Positions 16,701 through 24,453 of a stretch of 24,459 nt of DNA are shown here, one piece after another. How positions within the stretch are numbered: the first letter of the stretch is position 1; each line of letters opens with the position of its first letter. The stretch comes from a virus (lineage: Duplodnaviria > Caudoviricetes): the IMG/VR virus record IMGVR_UViG_3300049141_000022, positions 1-24,459 of that record; one strand, 5' to 3'. The position numbers and the translations under genes were made by a program. The notes under the pieces are model-generated. The model did not search any database and was not told the DNA's origin. It was given only the letters and a program-made list of their open reading frames with translations.

Positions 16701-17534
16701 CTGTCCGCCGCGGCGAAGCGGGACAAGATCGCCGCCCGGATCGCTGCGGCGAAGAAGTACGCCGGTGAACTTACCTCGTCGGCGCGCGAGGGCGCGGGCC
16801 TGTCCAACCTCGGTATGGAACCCGAGCAGGTCACCGCCGGCGGCATCAAGGCGGGCCTCGCCTCGAAGCTGGCGCAGATCAAGCAGTTCACCACCTACAT
16901 CGGGATCCTCGCGAAGAAGGGCCTGAACAAGGGGCTGCTGCGGCAGATCCTCAACATGGGCCCGGAAGCCGGGTACGCCTACGCGTCCGCGCTGGTCGGC
17001 GCGGACAAGATGACGTTCAACTCGATCAACAAGCTGCAGTCGCAGCTGGACGCGTCGACGGCGACCCTCGGCCGCGTCGGCGCCGACAAGCTCTACGACT
17101 CCGGCAAGAACGCCACCAAAGGGTTCCTCGCAGGTCTGACCTCCCAGCAGGGAGAGCTGGAGAAGGCCATGGAGAAGATCGCCAGGGCCATGCAGAGGGC
17201 TCTGCGCAAGGCCCTGGGGATCAAGAGCCCCGCCCGCGCGATGATCCCCGACGGCATCAACACCGCCCGCGGTGTCGCCGTCGGCGTCCTGGCCGGCCTG
17301 CCACACGTCGACCGGGCCATGCAGACCGTCGCCGGACGGATGACAGGACACATGGCCGGTCGCCCCGTCGCAGTCGGCCGCCCGGCCGTGGCAGGGGCCC
17401 GGCGTGGCGGCGGCGACATCCACATCCACGTCCACGGCGCGGTCGTCGACCAGCTCGGCTTCGGACGCGCCGCGCGCCAGGCCCTGCTCGAGCTGAAGAG
17501 GACCCAGGGCGGCGACGGCCTCGGCCTGGCGTGA
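13761..17534 (+). CDS. Tape measure protein (1257 aa)
   Basis: Long Ala/Gly/Lys-rich helical protein after the chaperone; motifs TEKGRANRDAL, MVGENGPEL, LEIASPSK and LGIKSPAR. Confidence 0.95.
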   Translation: MPSMNFVLTGRDQLSRVLDRAGDASDRLGRRLLAMSINGDAAVRRFTSNTTRNLAGMQRDTEAGRKALGELKKTALLFAPAAVPVAASLAPIAAGAGTVAVAVAAMGAAIAPQIAQLGEAADAQKKYEDAVAKSGAQSQEATQAQADYARIMATLPPETRETAAALSVLKDEYRDWSDSLAGDTMAPVTKGLQLTNALLPKTSGLVKATSAETDRFLTIMGGEMASPGLDRLNSKFTNFAQKTLRSVNNEIVRVLRTGDSGEVGGNAREFMEWARAQGPTVASVLSSVASALINVLQAGSDVGVGLLQVVDVLADIVSAVPPGAIATILQLVLALKLAKVAALGLAAGRTAIVGFAAQILAMNSAAAATPGRMAAARAGIAALSRTAKVAVAGTGIGLLVLALSELAQRSEQAPPDVDKLTTSLKQLGATGKTTGEVADAFGKDLGGLYDKVRSLTDPSTTDKVQQFLVGWTGWDSTPVKDAKANIDSIDKALANLVASGDSDLAAAAVKRLTAEYGKGGRDTAEFTKELGDYKAALADAKFEAELAAEAQGVFGAQAQVVQQKLAAQKLSADGLRQSIVALSETSRSAFDAQTKMEAAIDAVTKSLQENGRTLDAGTEKGRANRDALSQMAAATEDAAAKARENGASWETVNGIYDKGRKTLVDNIAAITGNRREAEALAATLLKMPSPKMRLEMRTEDAVRGLDSVVAAIKKAPGKKSVTVSALTKDAVGMLRDLGFKVERMKDGRFKVTADTKTAQGSIGAVQRARDALKDKSITLSARDRASAAVRAIQAAIAGLRNKSVTITTVRQTIATYSTDTRPVTGQGGVSKYAAGGTPEAGEMAMVGENGPELVLFGEAARVVDATKTKAIMSGTLGAGRAAAQGLAVGLGSGGGVYAAARAMAAQVTGGIRDELEIASPSKKTKALMADVGKGMIIGLTGSQAKIKATAKDLAKDIWAAFGGTKDNRLVAMVNRETQRLLSAAAKRDKIAARIAAAKKYAGELTSSAREGAGLSNLGMEPEQVTAGGIKAGLASKLAQIKQFTTYIGILAKKGLNKGLLRQILNMGPEAGYAYASALVGADKMTFNSINKLQSQLDASTATLGRVGADKLYDSGKNATKGFLAGLTSQQGELEKAMEKIARAMQRALRKALGIKSPARAMIPDGINTARGVAVGVLAGLPHVDRAMQTVAGRMTGHMAGRPVAVGRPAVAGARRGGGDIHIHVHGAVVDQLGFGRAARQALLELKRTQGGDGLGLA

Positions 17535-17562
17535 CCTCACTGACACGAAGGGGGATGGGCGC

Positions 17563-19878
17563 ATGACGCGGGTGTGTGTGGAGGCGGCGTTCGGGACGCC
17601 ACTCACCGAGGCCGTGGCAACGGGCGGCACCTGGACCGACATCACGTCCCGCGTCGACATCATCAACGCGGGGATCTCCATCACCCGCGGTGCGCAGGAC
17701 GAGCTGTCCCAGATCCAGGCCGGCACGTGCACGTTGACCCTCGACAACTCGGACGGCGCCCTCACCCCCGAGAACGCCTCCTCGCCGTACTACCCGAACG
17801 TCATCGACGGTGTGCCGGTCAAAGTCAGCGTCGCCACCGTGACGAAGAACTTCCTGCGCAACCCGTCCTTCGAGGACGGCAGCGTCAGCACGTGGGACTG
17901 GCCTGCCGGTGTCGAGGCCTTCACCGTCGGCACGCCGGTGCAGTCCGGCACGCAGGCCGCCCGAATCGCCTGGAACGCCTCCGCCTCGGACTACTTCCAG
18001 AGCACGGTGTACGGGCTGACCATCGGCGCCACCTGCACCGCCAGCGCCTACGTGCGGGTGCCCGCCGGGGACGTCGCCGTCCGCATCCGGATGGGCGGAG
18101 TCACCTCGTCGGCATCGGCCGTCAACGACGCCTACACCCGGCTGACCGTGACGTTCACCGCGACCGCGTCCGTGATGACCCTTCAGGTCATCCCGTCGAC
18201 GACCCCGGCGGCCGGCGACATCGTGTTCGTCGACGCTGTCCAGGTCGAAGAGGCCGCCGCGGCAACGGCCTTCGACAGCACGGCGGCCGAGCTGCATGAG
18301 CGGTTCTGGGGGATGGTCAACGGGTGGCCCGTGCACTGGAGCGGCCTGTACTCCAAGGTGACGATCACGGCGACGGACGTCCTGGGCGTGCTGTCGCGCG
18401 CCGATGAACAGATGCGGCCGATGCTCCTGCAAGAGGTGCTGCTGTGGGGGCCCAACGCCTACTACCCCATGGACGAGGACTCCGCTGCCACCTCGGCCGG
18501 TGACGTCTCCGGGCTGACCGGGCCGCAGTCCCTGGCCATCCAGCAGACCGGCGCCGGCGGAACACTTCAGTTCGGTGCGGGCACCGCCCCGCTGGGAATG
18601 CCCGGGGCGCCCCTGTTCACCCCGGCGTCCGCGACCGCGGGCAAGTACCTGCGCGCCGAACTCGGCACCGCATTCCAGGCCACCTCGTTCACCCAGCAGC
18701 TGCTGATCGAAGCCTGGTTCTCCACGTCCACGGCCGGCCGCAACATCCTGACGATCGCCAGCCCTGACCGCGGCTACTACCTGATCCTGTACCTCGCGTC
18801 CGCGACCGGGTTCCTGTCGGTGGAGTCCAAGCAGCCCGGCGTGGCAGCGTCCACGGTGACCGCGGGCGCCACCAACCTGGCCGACGGGCAGCTCCACCAC
18901 GTCATCTACGACGCCGAGGCCCAGGAGCTGTACGTCGACGGGGTGAGCCTCGGAGCGTTCGCCGCCATCCTGGCCGTGCAGGATCTGTCGACCCTCACTG
19001 TCGGGGCCAGCCAGAACGGCTCAACCCTGTGGTCAGGCAGCATCAGCAACGTCGCCGTCTACCTCGACACCTCGATGTCGGCCTCCAGCCTCGCCGACCA
19101 CTACACGTGCGGTATGACCGGGCACGCCGGGGAGACCGCTGACGAACGCGCCCACCGGCTGACCGCCTACGTCGGCCTGGACTTCAGTGACGTAGGCATC
19201 TTCACCACCGGCATCGCCGAGCAGGCCGCGCTGGGCCGCACCTGCCTGGAGCACCTGCGGGATGTGGAGGCCACCGAGTCGGGAAAGCTGTACGCATCCC
19301 GCGGCGCCCCGATGGTCACGCTGCAGGCGCGGTCGGTGCGCTACAACCCGACCTCCGCGCTCAGCATCGTGTACGCGGATTTCGAGCCAGACGACTTCGA
19401 GCTGGCCTACGACACCCAGAAGGTCGCCAACGTCCTCACGCTGACCCGGCCGGGCGGGGCGACCCAGCGCATGGTGCACGCCGCCTCGAAGGCGGCACGC
19501 GGCCCGATCGGCCGCAGCGTCGAAACCCTGTGCACATCCGACCTGGTCGTGACCGACCTCGGGAACTGGCTGCTCTACAGGTACGCCACCCCGACGTCGG
19601 AACTGCGCGGCGTGAAAATCCAGGCGAACACGATGGGCCAGACCACCTACCGCACCCTCATGGCCGCCGACATCTCCACCGTGCTCACGGTGACGTCGAT
19701 GCCCGACCAGGCGCCCGCACCGTCGATGTCCGTGACCGTCGAGGGCTACCGCGAGGACATCCGCCACAACCAGCACACAATCCAGTTCCTCACCTCGCGC
19801 ACCGTCACCGACACGGTGTGGGTGCTGGACGACCCCGTCTACTCCGTCCTCGGCGCCACCACGCGGCTCGCCTACTAG
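17563..19878 (+). CDS. Minor tail/tail-tip protein with carbohydrate-binding (CBM4/9-like) and LamG-like domains
   Basis: WTDIT..ISITRG..AGTCTLTLDNSDGALTP N-terminus; NFLRNPSFEDG...DAVQVEE module; YYPMDE...DGQLHHV..LYVDG..WSGSISNVAVY LamG-like segment; C-terminal VEGYRE..WVLDDPVYSVLGATTRLAY. Confidence 0.85.
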   Translation: MTRVCVEAAFGTPLTEAVATGGTWTDITSRVDIINAGISITRGAQDELSQIQAGTCTLTLDNSDGALTPENASSPYYPNVIDGVPVKVSVATVTKNFLRNPSFEDGSVSTWDWPAGVEAFTVGTPVQSGTQAARIAWNASASDYFQSTVYGLTIGATCTASAYVRVPAGDVAVRIRMGGVTSSASAVNDAYTRLTVTFTATASVMTLQVIPSTTPAAGDIVFVDAVQVEEAAAATAFDSTAAELHERFWGMVNGWPVHWSGLYSKVTITATDVLGVLSRADEQMRPMLLQEVLLWGPNAYYPMDEDSAATSAGDVSGLTGPQSLAIQQTGAGGTLQFGAGTAPLGMPGAPLFTPASATAGKYLRAELGTAFQATSFTQQLLIEAWFSTSTAGRNILTIASPDRGYYLILYLASATGFLSVESKQPGVAASTVTAGATNLADGQLHHVIYDAEAQELYVDGVSLGAFAAILAVQDLSTLTVGASQNGSTLWSGSISNVAVYLDTSMSASSLADHYTCGMTGHAGETADERAHRLTAYVGLDFSDVGIFTTGIAEQAALGRTCLEHLRDVEATESGKLYASRGAPMVTLQARSVRYNPTSALSIVYADFEPDDFELAYDTQKVANVLTLTRPGGATQRMVHAASKAARGPIGRSVETLCTSDLVVTDLGNWLLYRYATPTSELRGVKIQANTMGQTTYRTLMAADISTVLTVTSMPDQAPAPSMSVTVEGYREDIRHNQHTIQFLTSRTVTDTVWVLDDPVYSVLGATTRLAY

Positions 19879-19887
19879 GAGGTGCGC

Positions 19888-20283
19888 ATGCCCGTGCCCG
19901 TGCTCAGGGCAGAGACGTTCTACCTGCCGCCCCCCGGCATGCCGCCGGACGCGTGGCAGACGGTCGCGCCGGCCGAGCGGGTCTTCCGCTGGGCCGAGGT
20001 CCGTCAGCAGCGGCGCATCCCGCCGCCGGACGGCTTCGTCATCGGACACCCGCTGTACGCCCGCATCAACCACGGTCGCTGGGTGGCGGACTGCCCCTGC
20101 GGCTCCGCCCAGGTCGTCACGCCCGCAGACCCCCGGATGGCGTGCACGGAGTGCCGGGCGGGCTGGTTCCGCCTCACCTTCCCCGAGGACCCCGCCGCGG
20201 CCGAAACGTCCGTCGCCGGCCTGCTGCCCACCGAACAGAACTGGTGGCACCCCGACTCCGAGACTGAGGAGGCTGGGCGGTGA
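19888..20283 (+). CDS. Small tail-module protein with four clustered cysteines
   Basis: RBS AGGAGG at 19877-19882; ARINHGRWVADCPCGSA...MACTEC motif. Confidence 0.75.
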   Translation: MPVPVLRAETFYLPPPGMPPDAWQTVAPAERVFRWAEVRQQRRIPPPDGFVIGHPLYARINHGRWVADCPCGSAQVVTPADPRMACTECRAGWFRLTFPEDPAAAETSVAGLLPTEQNWWHPDSETEEAGR

Positions 20284-20783
20284 CCTTCGCACCGAGAACG
20301 TGGGTCGTGGGCGAGGTGGTGACCGCGGCCCTGCTCAACCAGGAGATCGCCGGCCAGTTCAACAGCTTCTTCGGCGCCTGGTCGACGTACACCCCCACCT
20401 GGACGGCGACCGGCTCCAACCCCTCACTCGGCAACGGCACCCTGACAGGCCGATACCTGCAAGTCGGGCGCCGCTACGACGTCCACATCGAACTGACCTG
20501 CGGGTCCACCACCACCTACGGCAGCGGCAACTACTCCTTCAGTCTGCCGGTCGCCGCCGCAGCGGCCGGCACCGGCAACCGCGTGGGACACGCCCAGGCC
20601 CTCGTCACCGGCGCCCGCTACGGCGGCCAGGTCGTCATCAGCCCTACGGCCTCCACGACCTCGCCGTTCTTCCCGCCGAACTCGACCACCTCCAGCCTGT
20701 CGCAGGGCAGCCCGTCCGTCCCCGGGACCTGGGCGAGCGGCAACTCGATGCGCATGACCCTCACCTACGAATCCGCCTCCTGA
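20280..20783 (+). CDS. Short tail fibre/minor tail protein
   Basis: PRTWVVGEVVTAALLN N-terminus and AWSTYTPTWT..LGNGTLTGRY..FSLPV beta-rich domain; GTGA overlap with the previous gene. Confidence 0.75.
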   Translation: MTFAPRTWVVGEVVTAALLNQEIAGQFNSFFGAWSTYTPTWTATGSNPSLGNGTLTGRYLQVGRRYDVHIELTCGSTTTYGSGNYSFSLPVAAAAAGTGNRVGHAQALVTGARYGGQVVISPTASTTSPFFPPNSTTSSLSQGSPSVPGTWASGNSMRMTLTYESAS

Positions 20784-20794
20784 AGGAGACTGCC

Positions 20795-21037
20795 GTGCCC
20801 GACCTTGAACTGCGCCTGCCGGTCAGCGACGAAAGCCGCCCGCTGTATCAGGTCACCGTCAACGACGGCGGCGCCGACGGCGGCAGCAGCGCCTCCTTCG
20901 CCATCGGCGGCGGTGCGGGCGTCGTCCCCACACCGACGTTCGATGCCGCCGTGCAGGCCTTCGCCGCGGCCCTAGCCGTACCGCCGGCCGTCATCGTCAG
21001 CGTCACCCGCATCAGCGCAGCCCAGACCGCGCTGTAG
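20795..21037 (+). CDS. Hypothetical protein (80 aa)
   Basis: RBS AAGGAG then GTG 20795; corresponds to the C-terminal part of track ORF 20300..21037. Confidence 0.7.
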   Translation: MPDLELRLPVSDESRPLYQVTVNDGGADGGSSASFAIGGGAGVVPTPTFDAAVQAFAAALAVPPAVIVSVTRISAAQTAL

Positions 21038-21051
21038 CCGCCCCATCCGCT

Positions 21052-21080
21052 CGCCCCGCGCCGTCGGCCGGGGCGTTTCT
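21052..21080 (+). terminator. Intrinsic terminator between tail and lysis modules
   Basis: CGCCCCG...CGGGGCG stem followed by TTTCT. Confidence 0.65.
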
Positions 21081-21096
21081 CATGCCTGGAGGCTGT

Positions 21097-22089
21097 ATGG
21101 CCAGGAATGGCCCGCAGAAGATCCCTGGCGCCTCGCAGGCGTACTTCTACGGCAACGGCCAGTACTCGGGGTCGGCGATGGAGGTTAACTGCGGCGTCGT
21201 CCACACCACGGAAGGCCGCACCCTCCCCTCCTACAACGGCGGCGCGCTCGCCCCGACCGTGACCGGCGTGCCGGACATCTCGGCCAAGCGGATCCGCTGG
21301 TATCAGCACTACGACGTGGACGAGTCCGCGCGCGCCCTCGCGAACAAGCTCGGCGGTGTCGAAACGAACACGGCGAACGCCTTCCAGATCGAGCTGGTCG
21401 GCACCTGCGACGCGAAGAAGTCGACGGTGTGGGACGGCAAGCGCGCCGGCGTCGACTACATCTACTGGCCGGGCGCCGACGACTGGGCGCTCGCGGAAGT
21501 CGCCTGGCTGGTGCGCTGGCTGCACGACTACCACGACGTGCCGATGACGTGCGTGAAGGACTGGCTCGCCTACGGCAAGGACGCGCGCCGGCCCGGGATT
21601 ACGCCCGCCTCGTATGGGGCGAGCCCGGCCCGCATGTCGATGTCCGCCTGGCGCGTCTTCACCGGCTGGTGCGGACACCAGCACGTACCCGAGAACGATC
21701 ACGGCGACCCGGGCTCGATGGACTTCGCCCGCGTCATTCAGCTCGCCAAGGGGGCGAGCGCGCCCGAGGAGGAGGATCCGATGGCGGGCATCACCAAGCA
21801 GGACATCTTCGACGCGGTCTGGAAGCCGGATCAGATCGCGGCTCCGGACAGCGCGCCGGACCGGAAGACCAACCCGACGTGGCAGCCACAGTCCTACCTG
21901 AAGGACATCGGCAACCGGGTCCGCTCCCTGACGCTGACAGTGGCCGCTCAGTCCGCCGCGATCAGTGCGCTCGCCGAGAAGGCCGGCAGCGGCGTCGACA
22001 CAGCTGCCGTGGTCGCGGCCGTCGAGAAGGCCATCGCCGACGCCGTCGTCAGGGTCGACATCGACGTCACCCAGAACCAGGAGTCCTAA
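21097..22089 (+). CDS. Endolysin, zinc N-acetylmuramoyl-L-alanine amidase type
   Basis: VVHTTEG, QIELVG and GHQHVPENDHGDPG amidase motifs; RBS GGAGG before ATG 21097; helical C-terminal domain. Confidence 0.88.
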   Translation: MARNGPQKIPGASQAYFYGNGQYSGSAMEVNCGVVHTTEGRTLPSYNGGALAPTVTGVPDISAKRIRWYQHYDVDESARALANKLGGVETNTANAFQIELVGTCDAKKSTVWDGKRAGVDYIYWPGADDWALAEVAWLVRWLHDYHDVPMTCVKDWLAYGKDARRPGITPASYGASPARMSMSAWRVFTGWCGHQHVPENDHGDPGSMDFARVIQLAKGASAPEEEDPMAGITKQDIFDAVWKPDQIAAPDSAPDRKTNPTWQPQSYLKDIGNRVRSLTLTVAAQSAAISALAEKAGSGVDTAAVVAAVEKAIADAVVRVDIDVTQNQES

Positions 22090-22091
22090 CC

Positions 22092-22439
22092 ATGAAGATC
22101 TTCGGCAGAGAGCCCGCTCTCATCATCGCCACCGTGTCCGCAGCCCTGTCCCTGCTCGTCACCTTCCAGTTCGGCCTGTCCGCCGAGCAGGCTGGCGCGA
22201 TCGTCGCGGTCATCTCCGCGGTGTTCGCCGCGGCTACGGCCGCCGTTACCCGGCCGATCGCCCCGTCGGCGTTCACCGGTCTCGTCGCCGCGGTCGCCGC
22301 ACTGCTCGCCGCCTACGGGCTGGAGCTCGGCCCGGAGAAGATCGGCGCCCTCAACGCGGTCGTACTCGCCACCCTCGGGCTGCTGACCCGCGGGCAGGTG
22401 TCGCCGGCGAACCCGTCTGCCGGGCCGCGGAGCGTCTGA
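22092..22439 (+). CDS. Holin (about four TM helices)
   Basis: MKIFGREPALIIA... highly hydrophobic, ending RGQVSP; 2 nt after the endolysin stop. Confidence 0.85.
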   Translation: MKIFGREPALIIATVSAALSLLVTFQFGLSAEQAGAIVAVISAVFAAATAAVTRPIAPSAFTGLVAAVAALLAAYGLELGPEKIGALNAVVLATLGLLTRGQVSPANPSAGPRSV

Positions 22440-22473
22440 CCGAGTGCACGGCTTATCTGCAGGGGAGGGTGCG

Positions 22474-22794
22474 GTGAACGAAATCTTCGGCATCAACCCC
22501 GGCGACGCAGGACTCGGCGCACTCCTCACCCTCGTCATCCTGCTCATCCTGACCGGCCGGCTCGTACCCAGACGCACCCACGAGGACGCGCTCGCCGACC
22601 GCGACAACTGGCGGCAGGCATTCCTGGAATCCGAAGCAGCCCGCAAGGTCGAGCACGAGCAGACCGGTGAGCTGCTGGAGATGGCGAAGCTGGGGGAGCA
22701 CATCCTCACCGCACTGCCCCGGCCGGGGCGCGCGGACGAGGAGGAGGTGAGCGGCGGTGATCGCATGGATCCGACGCCTCGTCAACGGCTGTGA
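22474..22794 (+). CDS. Single-TM lysis-cassette membrane protein
   Basis: RBS GGGGAGG; GLGALLTLVILLILTGRLVPRRTHED then a coiled coil (DRDNWRQAF). Confidence 0.75.
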   Translation: MNEIFGINPGDAGLGALLTLVILLILTGRLVPRRTHEDALADRDNWRQAFLESEAARKVEHEQTGELLEMAKLGEHILTALPRPGRADEEEVSGGDRMDPTPRQRL

Positions 22795-22969
22795 CGACAC
22801 CGAGCAGAGGCCCTCCGAAGCCGCACTGGAGCGCACCCGCGAAGCCCGCGTGGCGGCGGAGGCCCGCCAGCCCGTTGTCGAAGCCGTCGCCGCCAAGCTA
22901 CGCCGGGCCCGGGAGGAGAACCACTTTCGGGAGCGGATCGAGGCAGCGTTCAGAGGAGCACCGCAATGA
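22757..22969 (+). CDS. Small lysis-cassette protein
   Basis: MIAWIRRL...LRRAREENHFRERIEAAF; RBS GGAGGTG upstream; coupled to the next gene. Confidence 0.75.
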   Translation: MIAWIRRLVNGCDDTEQRPSEAALERTREARVAAEARQPVVEAVAAKLRRAREENHFRERIEAAFRGAPQ

Positions 22970-23289
22970 CAGACCTGAGCATCGACCAGTGGTTCAACGT
23001 GGTCGCGTCGATGCTGGCCGTCGCCGCGTGCGTCGGCTTCGTGGTGGCCTACCACCTGCATGCCCCGTGGTGGCGCAGCGGGGTGGGCCGCAACCTGGTC
23101 GGCTTCGCCGCGGCGGTCGGCATGCTGTGCCTGTACACCGTGCTGGTGACGGTGTGGCCGGACGGCTGCTTCATCATCGTCGCCCGCAGCGTGCGCACCG
23201 CCGTCCTTCTGGCGGTCGCCGCGCTGATGGTGCAGCGGACCCGCATGCTCCTCAAAGCCCAGCAGGAACACCGTCGAACTGGAGTGTAA
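22966..23289 (+). CDS. Putative second holin-like protein (three TM helices)
   Basis: Three hydrophobic helices with a PWWRSGVGRNL motif. Confidence 0.75.
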   Translation: MTDLSIDQWFNVVASMLAVAACVGFVVAYHLHAPWWRSGVGRNLVGFAAAVGMLCLYTVLVTVWPDGCFIIVARSVRTAVLLAVAALMVQRTRMLLKAQQEHRRTGV

Positions 23290-23291
23290 CG

Positions 23292-23450
23292 ATGCCTGAT
23301 CCGATCCCGCTCCGTCCGCGCCGAGATGGCGAGGAAACGGACATGCGGTCGCCGGTGCAGCTGGGGGACGCCGAACCCCAACTCGTGCCCGCACCGGCCA
23401 TCAACCCGTTTCTGGCGCCGGACTGGCCGCCGGACGACGAACCCGCGTGA
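23292..23450 (+). CDS. Small Pro/acidic hypothetical protein (52 aa)
   Basis: GGAG RBS, ATG 2 nt after the previous stop, ends just before a terminator. Confidence 0.55.
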   Translation: MPDPIPLRPRRDGEETDMRSPVQLGDAEPQLVPAPAINPFLAPDWPPDDEPA

Positions 23451-23453
23451 CAA

Positions 23454-23497
23454 CGCCCCCGCACCTCTGCCTCGGCAGGGGAGCGGGGGCGCTTCGT
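23454..23497 (+). terminator. Terminator ending the late operon
   Basis: CGCCCCCGC-A-CCTCTGCC-TC-GGCAGGGG-A-GCGGGGGCG long stem followed by CTTCGT. Confidence 0.75.
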
Positions 23498-23520
23498 CGT
23501 GCCTGGAAGTGCTGGCGGCC

Positions 23521-23635
23521 GTGTCCGCAAACGAACGACTGATGGGCAGTCGGTCGCGAACTGTGTTGCCGCAGGACCGAACTGACGCAAACTCGTGTCC
23601 TTAACTATGTTGCGCAAAACCCCGTTTACGCTACG
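23521..23635. promoter_or_regulatory. res-like region: resolvase binding subsites and promoter
   Basis: AT-richer ~115 bp before the resolvase, with repeated GTGTCC and CGCAAA(A)C half-sites and a 12+4+12 imperfect palindrome TGTTGCGCAAAA-CCCC-GTTTACGCTACG (23608-23635). Confidence 0.55.
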
Positions 23636-23643
23636 CTCAATCC

Positions 23644-24219
23644 ATGAGAATCGGATACGGGCGGGTCTCCACCCGCGACCAGAACCCCGACGCACAGGAG
23701 GACGCACTCACGGCCGCCGACTGCGACCGCATCTTCGTCGACAAGGCGTCCGGCAAGCTCGCCTCACGGCCCGAGCTCGACAAGGCGCTTATCGCCGCAC
23801 GCGAAGGCGACCAGTTCGTCATCACCAAACTCGACCGACTCGGCCGCTCACTGAAGAACCTCATCGAGCTGTCCGAGAAGCTGAACTCGCAGGGCGTGGC
23901 ACTCGTCGTCATCGACCAGGGCATCGACACGTCGACTCCGGTCGGCCGCATGTTCTTCCACATCCTCGGAGCCATCGCCGAGTTCGAGCACTCACTGATG
24001 GTCGAGCGGACGAAGGAAGGACTCGAAGCCGCGCGGGCGCGCGGCCGGACCGGCGGCAGGAAGCAGGCCCTCAAGCCCCGGCAGGTCTCCCTCGCGCAGG
24101 AGATGTACGACGAACTCGGCGATGACGGCAAACGCAAGCACACCGTGCAGGACATCGCCGACGAACTCGGCGTCGCCCGCACCACCATCTACCGGTACCT
24201 GGAGAAGAAGGAGAAGTAG
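23644..24219 (+). CDS. Small serine recombinase (resolvase/invertase family)
   Basis: MRIGYGRVSTRDQ (catalytic Ser), RPELDK, KLDRLGRS, AEFEHSLMVERTKEGLEAARARGRTGGR, C-terminal HTH IADELGVARTTIYRYL. Confidence 0.96.
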   Translation: MRIGYGRVSTRDQNPDAQEDALTAADCDRIFVDKASGKLASRPELDKALIAAREGDQFVITKLDRLGRSLKNLIELSEKLNSQGVALVVIDQGIDTSTPVGRMFFHILGAIAEFEHSLMVERTKEGLEAARARGRTGGRKQALKPRQVSLAQEMYDELGDDGKRKHTVQDIADELGVARTTIYRYLEKKEK

Positions 24220-24221
24220 CC

Positions 24222-24401
24222 ATGGCGAAGGTACTCAAGATCGGCGTCGCGATGGGCACCATGAGCGACGAGGACTCCGTGCCGCTACCCGATGACTGGG
24301 ACTCGATGACCGAGAAGGAGCGGGAGGCGTGGGCGGACGACGTGCTCGACGTCCACGTCTCCAACAACATCAACGCTTGGTGGAACGTAGAGGACGAGTA
24401 G
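24222..24401 (+). CDS. Small acidic hypothetical protein (59 aa); absent from the ORF track
   Basis: AAGGAG RBS; MAKVLKIGVAMGTMSDEDSVPLPDDWDSMTEKEREAWADDVLDVHVSNNINAWWNVEDE; 2 nt after the resolvase stop. Confidence 0.7.
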   Translation: MAKVLKIGVAMGTMSDEDSVPLPDDWDSMTEKEREAWADDVLDVHVSNNINAWWNVEDE

Positions 24402-24416
24402 GCCCGACCTGCGAGA

Positions 24417-24453
24417 GCGGCGCCCCCCCCCCGGTAATTGGGCGGGGCGCCGC
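24417..24453. terminator. GC-rich hairpin, probable terminator
   Basis: GCGGCGCCCC...GGGGCGCCGC stem after the last ORF. Confidence 0.6.

Larger units (their letters stand above)
1378..23497 (+). mobile_element. Packaging, morphogenesis and lysis region of an HK97-like siphoviral prophage or phage-plasmid of an actinomycete
   Basis: Complete canonical gene order with no visible broken core gene; element boundaries lie outside the window. Confidence 0.93.

Noticed and set aside
15879-18900. Long minus-strand ORFs (15879..17765, 628 aa; 17257..18900, 547 aa)
   Set aside because: Antisense shadows of the tape measure and tail genes, expected in high-GC DNA; no recognisable motifs.
17563-21037. 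Invertible tail-fibre cassette or diversity-generating retroelement
   Set aside because: No inverted alternative fibre genes, no duplicated TR/VR segment and no reverse transcriptase seen in the window.
23644-24219. Serine recombinase as the prophage integrase
   Set aside because: Only 191 aa with a C-terminal HTH; it lacks the recombinase and zinc-ribbon domains of large serine integrases.
24423-24432. C10 homopolymer as a phase-variation tract
   Set aside because: It lies in one arm of an intergenic hairpin, not in a gene or promoter, and could be a sequencing artefact.
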